This document shows positions 1 through 9,518 of a stretch of DNA of 64,000 bases, piece by piece. The notes under the pieces are model-generated. The model had not been told where the DNA came from. It worked only from the letters and a program-made list of their open reading frames with translations, and did no database searches. Position 1 is the first letter of the stretch; each line of letters begins with the position of its first letter. A program made the translations under genes and the position numbers. The DNA comes from Obrimoposthia wandeli. Taxonomy: Eukaryota. The DNA lies in assembly GCA_977020255.1 (NCBI GenBank), contig CDROCS010000506.1, positions 868,001-932,000 on the forward strand, written 5' to 3'.

Positions 1-229
1 ATATCCAGCGCGCACCTTCTTTTACCACTTCTTCTTTAGTACCACTCCATGTCGCATCAAAGATCATCCAATCTAATAGCGGTGGGATTGTAGTATAGAT
101 AAAGTAAATACCTAGCAGTGTTAACAGCGTATTAGGAATAGTAGAAAATAAATTCTCTCGTAACCAGAATACCAACCCCTTACTCGTCGAAGGTGCAGGT
201 TTGGCCTCTTTCATCGTATAAACAGCCAT
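1..229 (-). CDS. aapM: General L-amino acid ABC transporter permease, 5' part (runs off window)
   Basis: Read by hand from ATG at 229: MAVYTMKEAKPAPSTSKGLVFWLRENLFSTIPNTLLTLLGIYFIY...; starts 1 nt after the aapQ stop; matches the AapM N-terminus. Confidence 0.85.
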   Translation of the reverse strand, partial: MAVYTMKEAKPAPSTSKGLVFWLRENLFSTIPNTLLTLLGIYFIYTTIPPLLDWMIFDATWSGTKEEVVKEGARWI

Positions 230-230
230 A

Positions 231-1415
231 TTATCTTCCTTTAATTTCCATTTTTGCATTAACCCAGTTCAGCAGCAGTGAAATAACAATACTGAAAACA
301 AGATACACGGCCATCGTCATTAAGATAATCTCAATAGCCTGCCCGACTTGGTTAAGCGTCGTCCCTGAGAACAAGGTAACAATTTCTGGATAACCAATTG
401 CTGTAGCCAGTGATGAGTTTTTCACTAGGTTAAGATATTGGTTAATAACCGGTGGGATAATCACGCGTAATGCTTGCGGTAAAACGACTTTACGTAAGAT
501 CACATGTTCTTTTAAGCCTAATGATTTTGCCGCTTCTTTTTGACCTGGAGGTACAGCTTCAATCCCCGCTCGTACAGCTTCAGCAATATAGGTTGCGGTA
601 TAGATACTTAACGCAAAGATAAGCGCAAGTAACTCTGGAATAATGGTGATCCCGCCTTTGAAGTTAAAGCCTTTTAGCGCAGGATATTCAGCACTGATAG
701 GTTGACCGGTAAGGAAAAATACTAATAAAGGAGCTGCAACAACCATAGCCAAAGATACTTTCACTAATGGAAATTCTTCGCCTGTTAAGTCATGACGTTT
801 AGTCGCCCATTTACTCAAAAAGACCACACTAATACAAGCCAGTACAAATGCGATAAGAATAAAACTACTGCCTGATTCAAAGATTGGATCAGGTACGATT
901 AAGCCACGGTTATTAATAAAGATAGAATCAAAATAAGAAATACTTTGACGCGGACTCGGCAGCGCAGCAAGTACCACGTTATACCAAAACAAGATCTGCA
1001 ATAAAATAGGGATATTACGGAAAGTTTCAATGTAAACCAGTGACAATTTAGCAATTAAATAATTAGACGATAGACGACCAATACCAACCATTAGGCCAAT
1101 AATCGACGCGAGTACAATACCAATAACACCCACGAGCATGGTATTTAAGATACCAACAATAAATACATCTAAAAACGTTGAGCTTGTATCATCATAAGGA
1201 ATAAGTGCTTGGCTGACACCAAAACCAGCTGTTTCGCCTAAGAATGAGAAACCTGTAGTGATACCCCTTTTTGCTACATTATCAAACATGTTGTTAACGA
1301 AGTAAAAAATGCATAAAACCACAACCACTAAAGAAAGCACTTGGAAAATAATTGCGCGATTTTTGGGGCTGTTAAATAAACCGCTGGAGCTTGGGGGGAG
1401 TTTTGAATTATTCAT
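231..1415 (-). CDS. aapQ: General L-amino acid ABC transporter permease
   Basis: 394 aa polytopic protein; ETFRNIPILLQ and AEAVRAGIEAV (EAA loop) motifs; downstream of aapJ. Confidence 0.9.
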   Translation of the reverse strand: MNNSKLPPSSSGLFNSPKNRAIIFQVLSLVVVVLCIFYFVNNMFDNVAKRGITTGFSFLGETAGFGVSQALIPYDDTSSTFLDVFIVGILNTMLVGVIGIVLASIIGLMVGIGRLSSNYLIAKLSLVYIETFRNIPILLQILFWYNVVLAALPSPRQSISYFDSIFINNRGLIVPDPIFESGSSFILIAFVLACISVVFLSKWATKRHDLTGEEFPLVKVSLAMVVAAPLLVFFLTGQPISAEYPALKGFNFKGGITIIPELLALIFALSIYTATYIAEAVRAGIEAVPPGQKEAAKSLGLKEHVILRKVVLPQALRVIIPPVINQYLNLVKNSSLATAIGYPEIVTLFSGTTLNQVGQAIEIILMTMAVYLVFSIVISLLLNWVNAKMEIKGR

Positions 1416-1431
1416 AACAAAATAACCTTTT

Positions 1432-1452
1432 AAAAAAGGGGGCTAAGCCCCC
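1432..1452 (-). terminator. Intrinsic terminator/attenuator between aapJ and aapQ
   Basis: GGGGGC-TTA-GCCCCC followed by a T6 run on the minus strand. Confidence 0.7.
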
Positions 1453-1513
1453 GATATACTTAGGTCACTTCACATACCAACAGCTGATAACATGAAGCGA
1501 CTGAAGTATTAAT

Positions 1514-2527
1514 TTATCGAATTGGCATTGCGTACATTAAGCCGCCTTTATTCCATAAATTATTGAGGCCACGGTCAATATTAAGCGGTGAGTTTTTACC
1601 AACGTTATTCTCAAACATTTCTTCGTAGTTACCAACTTGCTTGACGATTTGGTAAGCCCAATCTGATTTAAGTCCTAAGTTTTCGCCAGCTTTACCTGAT
1701 ACACCTAATAAACGTTTAATAGATGGGTTAGCTGATTTCAATTGCTTATCAACATTGCTTGCTGTCACACCTAGCTCTTCAGCTTCAAGTGTTGCGAATA
1801 AGCTCCAACGAACTACGTTAAACCATTCATCATCACCTTGGCGTACAACTGGACCCAATGGTTCTTTAGAAATAATATCAGGTAGTACAACGGCTGATTT
1901 AGGATCATCTAACTTAATTCTTAAACCATATAACTGCGATGCATCAGAGGTAACTGCGTCACAACGACCTTTTTTGAATGCATCAATTGTTTGACCTGAT
2001 GTATCAAACGTCACAGCTTTATATTCCATGTTGTTTGATTTGAAATAATCCGTTAGGTTAAGTTCGGTTGTTGTACCTGCTTGAATACAAAAAGAAGCAC
2101 CGTCTAGCTCTTTCGCTGACGTCACACCGAGATCTTTGTTTACTAAGAAACCTTGACCATCGTAATAGTTAACACCGGCAAAGTTTAAACCCAGTGATGT
2201 ATCACGCGTTGCAGTCCAAGTAGATGCACGTGATAACAAGTCAATCTCGCCACTTTGTAATGCTGTAAAACGTTCTTTCGCAGTCAGTGGGATAAATTTA
2301 ACTTTCGATGCATCACCTAATACCGCAGCGGCAACTGAGCGACAAAAGTCAACGTCGATACCTTTCCAAACACCCTTTGAATCGGTTGCTGAGAAACCTG
2401 GGATCCCTGTAGAAACACCACAGTTCAGTACGCCTTTTTTCATTACTTGCTCTAACGTAGCAGCATTAACTAAATTGGGTAGTGTTGATGCTAGACCTAG
2501 TATTAAAGCTATTTTTGTAACCTTCAT
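1514..2527 (-). CDS. aapJ: Amino acid ABC transporter periplasmic binding protein
   Basis: Signal peptide; GVLNCGV, GIDVDFC, RFTALQSGEIDLL, ISKEPLGP, GGLMYAMPIR motifs of AapJ/BztA. Confidence 0.92.
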   Translation of the reverse strand: MKVTKIALILGLASTLPNLVNAATLEQVMKKGVLNCGVSTGIPGFSATDSKGVWKGIDVDFCRSVAAAVLGDASKVKFIPLTAKERFTALQSGEIDLLSRASTWTATRDTSLGLNFAGVNYYDGQGFLVNKDLGVTSAKELDGASFCIQAGTTTELNLTDYFKSNNMEYKAVTFDTSGQTIDAFKKGRCDAVTSDASQLYGLRIKLDDPKSAVVLPDIISKEPLGPVVRQGDDEWFNVVRWSLFATLEAEELGVTASNVDKQLKSANPSIKRLLGVSGKAGENLGLKSDWAYQIVKQVGNYEEMFENNVGKNSPLNIDRGLNNLWNKGGLMYAMPIR

Positions 2528-3150
2528 ATTAATTTCCTTGTCTATTATTATTATTGTAATGTTGGTTTTAGTTGGCTAACTAGCCAGTTAAAAAGAGTTG
2601 TTTTCTCTGTTTCCTAAACACAAAATAAGCATAAGGCAATTTTTATATAACATCTATGAAGCAACAACTGATTAACAAAAGCATTGGTAAGTATTAGACA
2701 CTCGTCACGAATTTAACACTAAATTAACATTAAAAGCCGTGTTTCAGGTGAATTATACTTTGTGGTTATTCACTTTAAGGCTTTTATCCATATTAAATTC
2801 TATAATGAAAACTAATTAACTATAAAATATGACATCGAACTCATCTGGTACTTTATTACCAAAGCTAATCTAATCCGCTGATTTACAAAGGCCCTAGAGA
2901 TTAGATGAACTTGTATCATTACGCTTAGCCAAGATGAGTTAAAATAGCCATGAGAAAAGGTCGCCATCATTTACCGTCTATATTGCGGAAAATTTTCGAC
3001 GATATCGATTAATACTCCTCCGATGAGGACCAGTTATATTTTGTTGCGGAGTTCACATAACAAGATAACTAATCGAAGGAAACGAGGTGAGTAGTTATCA
3101 CTATATAAGTAGCTTTCTCAATTGAAGCTAAGAAACACTGTCAGATAAAA

Positions 3151-3459
3151 TTAAATGACCAGCTTTAAATAATGTTTTCGCCCAAATGTAGCGAAAAGTG
3201 TAGAACCAAAAAGCACTAATAGTGGGTTGTGTGAAAAAGCATTTTTTACGGTGATGGCACCATGGGAGAGATCTTTGGTATGAATTGGCTGGCTAGAACA
3301 CCAACTGAGTTTGGCTTGCAGAGTTTGAGTATTGTCGGGGACATCGATAACAAAGCGTTGCCCACGTTTGACGTAAGTAATGAATTCACCGTCGGCATAT
3401 AATTTATAATCACGCACAGCATCGAGTAATTGCGCTGGTCTGTATATCCATAATTTCAT
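3151..3459 (-). CDS. Small hypothetical protein with hydrophobic C-terminus
   Basis: 102 aa ORF, GGATGA SD upstream; beta-rich N-terminus with LSWCSS motif. Confidence 0.7.
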   Translation of the reverse strand: MKLWIYRPAQLLDAVRDYKLYADGEFITYVKRGQRFVIDVPDNTQTLQAKLSWCSSQPIHTKDLSHGAITVKNAFSHNPLLVLFGSTLFATFGRKHYLKLVI

Positions 3460-3684
3460 TTCACATCATCCTTAATGTAAAGTTTGTAACTGGTGTCGTG
3501 CATTAATACCCCAATATAGCAATGTCAGCAAACGAAGTTATGAAAGAAGTACTAATTACCGGTTTATGTTGTATAATTAGCACGGTGAAATTAATTGCTT
3601 TTTAACTCTACAATTTATTTGATTAATAGAGGTTGATACGTCTACGACAGCTTAAATAAGTCGCCACCTACCAACCCAAGGTTC

Positions 3685-4385
3685 TTTGACGGTGTGCTTG
3701 CTAATACGATTTCACGAATACAAACATCTCGTAAGCCAGCAGGGCAAATTACTGCTCGAGCAACATCTGGCCTGGTGCTAAAATGCTTTCCCTTGTTTCT
3801 TTTCAAGATTCGTAGTTTGCTTTACTTTCATTTGATGTTGTGTGTGACAACAATTCAGTTTCAACAGCCCCCGGTGCGATAGTGATAACATACATCCGAC
3901 ATACGCTACTCTTCACGCACATTTCAGCACGCTTAAACAAATTTAATTAAGTAAGCAGCGTGTGCGCCGAATGTTTTACGACCTGCAACAGAGCTGATGT
4001 TAATGATAGTACCTGTGTTACGTGCTTTCATTGGCGCAAGAACTGCTTGCATGCCGTTTAATAATGCAATGACGTTAACGTCGAACATCGTTTTGAATTC
4101 TTCAGCAGGCTGAGTATCGATTTGGCCTAGTAACATCATGCCAGCGTTATTAATTAACAGATCTGCTGGACCGTATACCGCTTCCGCTTTAGCAAGTGCC
4201 GCGTTAAATTCAGCGTGTACTGTTAAGTCTACTTTTTCACATAAACAGTTTGGTAAGTCTAGCGCTTCTAATTTTTCAACTCGACGAGCAACTAATAATA
4301 ATGGGTGACCAGCTGCGCTTAAACGTTTTGCTGTAGCTTCACCAATACCTGAACTTGCGCCTGTAATAACAACTAATTTTTTCAT
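3685..4385 (-). pseudogene. Short-chain dehydrogenase/reductase, 3' third degraded
   Basis: TGASSGIG and NNAG motifs intact; catalytic YxxxK broken (YLIK then stop at 3933); downstream fragments NVREE, ITIAPGAVETELLSHTTS, DVARAV, VCIREIVLA occur in shifting frames with stops. Confidence 0.85.
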
Positions 4386-4667
4386 TGTATGCTCTCTATT
4401 TTTTAGAATAATATTTGATGATTATTTTTAATAACAATTAAGATTAAACGACAGCGATTAGCTGCGCACTCAATGACTACATAGTGAATGTATCGCGTCT
4501 ATTAATGTTAGACCTAAGCACTCTTGAGCGGATGAAGAGAGTATATAGAAATGACTATTGTTGATATATACACAATAAAGAACATAACTGTTACGCTTTA
4601 AGCTACAATGAGATTCGTAGATCTTTTATCTATTATCCTACTCAACTTAATCTCTATAGGCACAGCA

Positions 4668-5504
4668 ATGCAAAGTAGCTCATCTCTTGCCGACATCCGT
4701 GCGTTTGTCACTATTGCAGAACAAGGTAGCTTTACTAAAGCCGCTGAAGTATTACAGTCATCTCGTGCCCACGTATCGCGTCAACTTGCTCAGCTCGAAC
4801 AACAACTCGGTGTGCAACTGATTATTCGCACGACACGCGCCCAACGATTGACGCCAATTGGCGAACAATTTTTTCAGCAATGCCTTACATCATTACAAAC
4901 CATCAACCAAGCAGTTATAGCAGCGAAAGACGATACCGAACAATTACAGGGTAGTATCTGCATCAACTGTGTTGGCGGTGTGATAGGCGAGGATATTCTG
5001 GCAAACATTATCAGTGAATTTAATTTACAGTATCCTGATATAGAGGTTGAACTGGACTTTAGTAGCCCACGCGTTGACTTGATTTCCGAGGCATTTGATT
5101 TAGTTGTGCGTATGGGGGAATTAGAAGATTCAGGATTAGTGGCGAGAAAACTCACTGATATTAAAGTGCAGGTATTAGCCAGTCCTGATTATTTGGCTAA
5201 ACATCCTGCCATTAAGCACCCTAAAGATCTGGAACAACATAATTGTTTAACTGGCAGTATCAAACGTTGGCGCTTTCATCAAAAATCAGTGCAACACAAT
5301 AATGCCCCGATACATGAATTAGACATTAACGTTAAAGGTAACTTTAGCTGTAAAAGTGGTCGAGCACTGATTAATGCCGCCAAGAGTGGTAATGGCATTG
5401 TCCGTTTACCTGAACTGTATTGTGAAGATGAAATTAACGACAATACCTTATCATCAGACAATACTTTAGCTGCGGCACTTAACTTTACGGAAGCCGGCGA
5501 TTAA
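4668..5504 (+). CDS. LysR-family regulator with aberrant C-terminus (possible pseudogene); divergent from the SDR
   Basis: HTH (GSFTKAA...VSRQLAQLEQQLG...RTTR) and substrate-binding domain; start taken at ATG 4668; C-terminal remnants YQPAR (5514-5528) and IDFIC (5536-5550, +1 frame) lie beyond the stop. Confidence 0.8.
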   Translation: MQSSSSLADIRAFVTIAEQGSFTKAAEVLQSSRAHVSRQLAQLEQQLGVQLIIRTTRAQRLTPIGEQFFQQCLTSLQTINQAVIAAKDDTEQLQGSICINCVGGVIGEDILANIISEFNLQYPDIEVELDFSSPRVDLISEAFDLVVRMGELEDSGLVARKLTDIKVQVLASPDYLAKHPAIKHPKDLEQHNCLTGSIKRWRFHQKSVQHNNAPIHELDINVKGNFSCKSGRALINAAKSGNGIVRLPELYCEDEINDNTLSSDNTLAAALNFTEAGD

Positions 5505-5749
5505 TCTCTCATGTATCAACCAGCACGCTATACTGATTGATTTCATTTGTGGCGGCAGAGTGATGCCCCTATATATGCAGATGACGGCAGATTTCTTACT
5601 ATCTACACTCGAGCCTCTGATTGTCAATAACACCGCACTTAAGATTGATGCTTTTATTTGTGAAAAAATTCAAACTACTTTTAGTTTTGATTTCAACGAT
5701 CGTATATTATGGATGTATACATAGAGCGCTAGGATAAATGCAATGCCAC

Positions 5750-6250
5750 CATAACGGACCTAGAACATAGAAGTTCCACTATAGGTGGTATACCAGGACT
5801 GCCTGATTTGTATCAAATTCCGACATAATGCTCCTCTCGTCAATATTCAATTGTGATGTAAAACTGTTGAACTCCGTAGGTATAATCCCAGTTCCTAGCT
5901 GAGTTAAATAATCATCGACAGACATACAATCTGGTTATCCTAAACTTTCAAACCTGTTGAGTGAAAGGACTACTGAATCTATAACTGTCGCCAAAACCAG
6001 CTAACTGGCTGCCAATCGCAGTAGCAGTTAACTAACCAACTGGAGCTTTACTGCAAATGCATGATATTACCCTATAACTAAGGCCAGTCGTCTCTAATTG
6101 CACTCGTACAAACACCTTTAGAATTCAAAATTAACAAATTTAGGAATTGCGGTTGCAGCCATACTCCCAGCACACAATATATCGACAATAATAACCAATA
6201 ATCAATCAGAATTATAAAACCATTCCACTTCGACGATTCGATATTTCAAT
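5750..6250 (-). pseudogene. Degraded type IV (MshA/MshB-like) pilin gene
   Basis: Minus-strand fragments NGF..., VLGV, AATAIPKFVNF (6127-6159) and C-terminal PPIVELLC (5765-5788); AGAGGA SD at 6252-6257; many stops and frameshifts. Confidence 0.6.
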
Positions 6251-6435
6251 ATCCTCTACGCTGCGCACGAGGTATTTAAGCCCCACATCTAATATGTTCA
6301 AGTTAATTTCAAACATTTCTAAATGTCGCTACACAGCTATAAACACCCAGAACGTCAAATCATTATGTACAATACGAATATGATTAGAAATTCTAGTAAA
6401 AAAGTCGATAAGGTGAATACAACACGTGATCGAAT

Positions 6436-6477
6436 TGTGATTAAGATCAATTAATCAAAAACTATCTAGTTCATACT
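6436..6477 (+). promoter_or_regulatory. glpA promoter: overlapping FNR/CRP-type site plus -10
   Basis: GTGAT-taag-ATCAA (6437-6450, 1 mismatch to FNR consensus) nested in TGTGA-N6-TCAAT; CATACT at 6472-6477 puts the site centre near -41. Confidence 0.6.
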
Positions 6478-6514
6478 TATAAGTAGTTAATTGAGCTGCA
6501 TATATGGATGAATT

Positions 6515-8167
6515 ATGGGAAAGGTAACCCGTTTCAATACCGAAGTATTGATAATTGGCGGTGGCGCGACAGGCACCAGTATTATGCGCGATTGCGCATT
6601 ACGTGGCATCACATGCATATTACTTGATAAAGGTGATATAGCTTCAGGTACCACAGGTCGTAACCATGGCCTATTACATTCCGGCGCGCGTTATGCGGTC
6701 ACCGATGGTGAATCAGCTCGTGAGTGTATCCAAGAGAATAAGATCCTCAAGCATATCGCCAGTCACTGTATTGAAGAAACCAACGGATTATTTATTACCT
6801 TGCCAGAAGATGATCTGGATTTTCAACATACCTTCATGACGGCTTGCGCAACAGCCGGTATCGACACGCAAAGATTGACGCCACAACAAGCAATAGAACT
6901 TGAACCAAACGTCAATCGCAGTCTACTTGGTGCAGTCAAAGTGCCCGACGGCACACTCGACCCTTTTCGTTTATGTGCATCCAATGTATTAGATGCTAAA
7001 AATCATGGCGCGCAATTACTGACTTATTCAATGGTGCAATCCTTGATCCGCATTGGCGATCGCATCATCGGCGCTAAATGCCTTAATACCCGCACCAACG
7101 AACAGTTTGAAGTGTATGCCCAAGAAGTGATTAATGCAGCCGGTATTTGGGGCAAGAACATTTGTCACTACGCCGACCTTAATGTGCAGATGCTACCAGC
7201 CAAAGGCTCACTATTAGTATTCGAACACCGCATTAATGATCTGGTTATCAATCGTTGCCGTAAACCTGCCGATGCCGACATTTTAGTACCCGGTGATTCA
7301 ATCTCACTCATTGGTACTACTTCAGAAGAAATTGATTACAACGATATAGACTCACTCAAAATCAGTGAAAAAGAAGTCAATATCTTAATTGAAGAAGGCG
7401 CTAAACTCGCGCCAATATTGGCACAAACTCGTATTTTACGCGCTTATGCAGGCGTACGACCACTTGTTGATGTCGGCGGTGGCGATGGCCGTAATATCAG
7501 CCGTGGCATAGTGTTACTCGATCACCAGCAGCGTGATGGACTTGCGGGCTTTAGCAGTATTCTCGGCGGAAAATTAATGACCAGCCGATTAATGGCTGAA
7601 ATGACCACCGACCTTGTAGCAAGCAAGCTAGGTAATATCAACAGCTGTACAACCCATTTACAGCCGCTACCAGGTTCTGTGATTAAGACTGGAAACAACA
7701 AAAACAAATCTAAACAAGCGGTATTCACCACCACAGCGGCAACCCACCGTCACGGTGAAAATGCAGTTGCGAGTTTTGACCAAAGCACTAAAGGGAAATC
7801 CATTGTTTGTGAATGTGAGATGGTTTCTGTGGGTGAAATTGAATACGCCATTAAGCAGTTAGATGTGACTAACTTGGTGGATTTACGCAGACGTACCCGC
7901 CTCGGCATGGGATCATGCCAAGGTGAATTGTGCACCTACCGCGCATCCAGCCTGTTTTGTGATTTTGGCAATTGCAGTGGTTATGAATCAAGTAAGTTAT
8001 TAATGCAGTTCTTTGAAGAACGTTGGAAAGGTATTAAACCAGTGTTATTTGGTGACGCATTACGAGAAGCAGAATTTACCTATTGGCTCTATGAAGGCCT
8101 GTTTGGTGCAACAGATATTAACAAGCTCGGTGAGAAACAAGAAGATAAGGATTATTATGAAATTTGA
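6515..8167 (+). CDS. glpA: Anaerobic glycerol-3-phosphate dehydrogenase subunit A
   Basis: IIGGGATG FAD motif, GTTGRNHGLLHSGARYA, C-terminal CECE...RRTRLGMGSCQG. Confidence 0.96.
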   Translation: MGKVTRFNTEVLIIGGGATGTSIMRDCALRGITCILLDKGDIASGTTGRNHGLLHSGARYAVTDGESARECIQENKILKHIASHCIEETNGLFITLPEDDLDFQHTFMTACATAGIDTQRLTPQQAIELEPNVNRSLLGAVKVPDGTLDPFRLCASNVLDAKNHGAQLLTYSMVQSLIRIGDRIIGAKCLNTRTNEQFEVYAQEVINAAGIWGKNICHYADLNVQMLPAKGSLLVFEHRINDLVINRCRKPADADILVPGDSISLIGTTSEEIDYNDIDSLKISEKEVNILIEEGAKLAPILAQTRILRAYAGVRPLVDVGGGDGRNISRGIVLLDHQQRDGLAGFSSILGGKLMTSRLMAEMTTDLVASKLGNINSCTTHLQPLPGSVIKTGNNKNKSKQAVFTTTAATHRHGENAVASFDQSTKGKSIVCECEMVSVGEIEYAIKQLDVTNLVDLRRRTRLGMGSCQGELCTYRASSLFCDFGNCSGYESSKLLMQFFEERWKGIKPVLFGDALREAEFTYWLYEGLFGATDINKLGEKQEDKDYYEI

Positions 8168-9506
8168 TAGCATCATTATCGGCGGTGGTATCGCCGGTTA
8201 TACCGCAGGCTTACGTTGCCTTGAAGCTGGATTAAAGACAGCGATTATTTCTAATGGTCAAAGCGCCCTGCACTTTTCTTCAGGCTCTATCGATCTGCTT
8301 TCACATACGCCAACAGGTAAGGCTATTCGTAATCCAGCGGCTATTTTCAATAAATTTACTCATGAGTTCCCAGCTCACCCATACAGTAAAGTCGGTAAAG
8401 AAAACGTCTTTGCATCCATGCAATGGTATAAACATTTACTCACTAACGCGGGTATTCCATTACAGCAGCAAGACAATGGTGATAATCACCTGCGCATAAC
8501 ACCACTTGGCACGTTAAAGTCGACTTGGTTGTCACAACCTTATGTACAACAGCTGCCAATGCGACTTAACGAGCATGACATCAAACGTATTGTCGTGGTC
8601 CAAATTGATGACTTCCGAGACTTTAACGCTAAGATGGTCACCGATAATTTAGTGCAAATACCCGAATTTGAAGGTGTTGAAATAACCCACGCCAATGTCG
8701 CGATTGCAGGATTTTCTGGGCTTAAACGCAACGCTTGTGAGCTGCGCTCTATTGATATCGCCCGTATCTTAACGAACGACAGTGAAATCAAAGCCCTTGC
8801 AGATAAGTTATTAACTGTCGCAACCATTAATGATGTCGTTATATTACCGGCCATCACAGGTAATGGCTTAGGTCTTGAAACCCTTAATAAGTTGCATGCA
8901 CTAACCAACTTAACCTTTCACGAAGTACCGACCATGCCACCGTCAATGTTAGGTATTCGCCTAGAAGAAACCATGATTGATTTGTTTATCAAAGGTGGAG
9001 GTATGTTATTAAAAGGCGACCAAGTCACCCATGGTGATATAGCTAAAGACAGTAGTAACAATGATGAATTAAGCCTTAAACGCATTTATACCCGTAATTT
9101 GGAAAGCATGCCGTTATCCGCCGAACATTTCATTTTTGCATCCGGTAGTTTCTTTAATAAAGGCCTTATTGGTCATCATGACAAGTTACAAGAACCCGTG
9201 TTTGATTTAGACATGAACAGCTTTGAGCAACGTAGTACTTGGTACAACCCACAGTTTTTTTCGGCTGACTCACAACCGTTTTTATCATTAGGTATCAAGA
9301 CGAACCAAACCTTTAATCCGATGCTTAAAGGCAAAACGATCAACAACCTATTTTGTGCAGGTTCTAACTTAGGTGGTTACGACCCAGTGGCAGAAGGCAG
9401 TGGCAGTGGCGTAGCAATTAGTACCGCTTATCATGCCGTCAATTTGCTATTACAACATAGCCATAATAGCCATTCTCAAAATATCACCAGCGATAGCTTG
9501 GCATAA
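8157..9506 (+). CDS. glpB: Anaerobic glycerol-3-phosphate dehydrogenase subunit B
   Basis: Start at ATG 8157 (MKFDSIIIGGGIAG) overlapping the glpA end; GQSALHFSSGSIDLL, PTMPPSMLGIRL, GSFFNKGL. Confidence 0.95.
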   Translation: MKFDSIIIGGGIAGYTAGLRCLEAGLKTAIISNGQSALHFSSGSIDLLSHTPTGKAIRNPAAIFNKFTHEFPAHPYSKVGKENVFASMQWYKHLLTNAGIPLQQQDNGDNHLRITPLGTLKSTWLSQPYVQQLPMRLNEHDIKRIVVVQIDDFRDFNAKMVTDNLVQIPEFEGVEITHANVAIAGFSGLKRNACELRSIDIARILTNDSEIKALADKLLTVATINDVVILPAITGNGLGLETLNKLHALTNLTFHEVPTMPPSMLGIRLEETMIDLFIKGGGMLLKGDQVTHGDIAKDSSNNDELSLKRIYTRNLESMPLSAEHFIFASGSFFNKGLIGHHDKLQEPVFDLDMNSFEQRSTWYNPQFFSADSQPFLSLGIKTNQTFNPMLKGKTINNLFCAGSNLGGYDPVAEGSGSGVAISTAYHAVNLLLQHSHNSHSQNITSDSLA

Positions 9507-9518
9507 AGGAGCAATACC

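Noticed and set aside
5659-5674. CRP-like TGTGA-N6-TCAAA
   Set aside because: No intact gene start or promoter nearby; lies in the decayed tract
6364-6381. Possible GlpR operator TATGTACAATACGAATAT
   Set aside because: Needs a gap and mismatches to fit the GlpR consensus; too weak in AT-rich DNA
8013-8156. N-terminal extensions in the ORF track for glpB (also parP 29532, DUF2802 27806, pgsA 63840, LysR 4608)
   Set aside because: They overlap upstream genes or terminators; downstream ATGs match family starts and SDs
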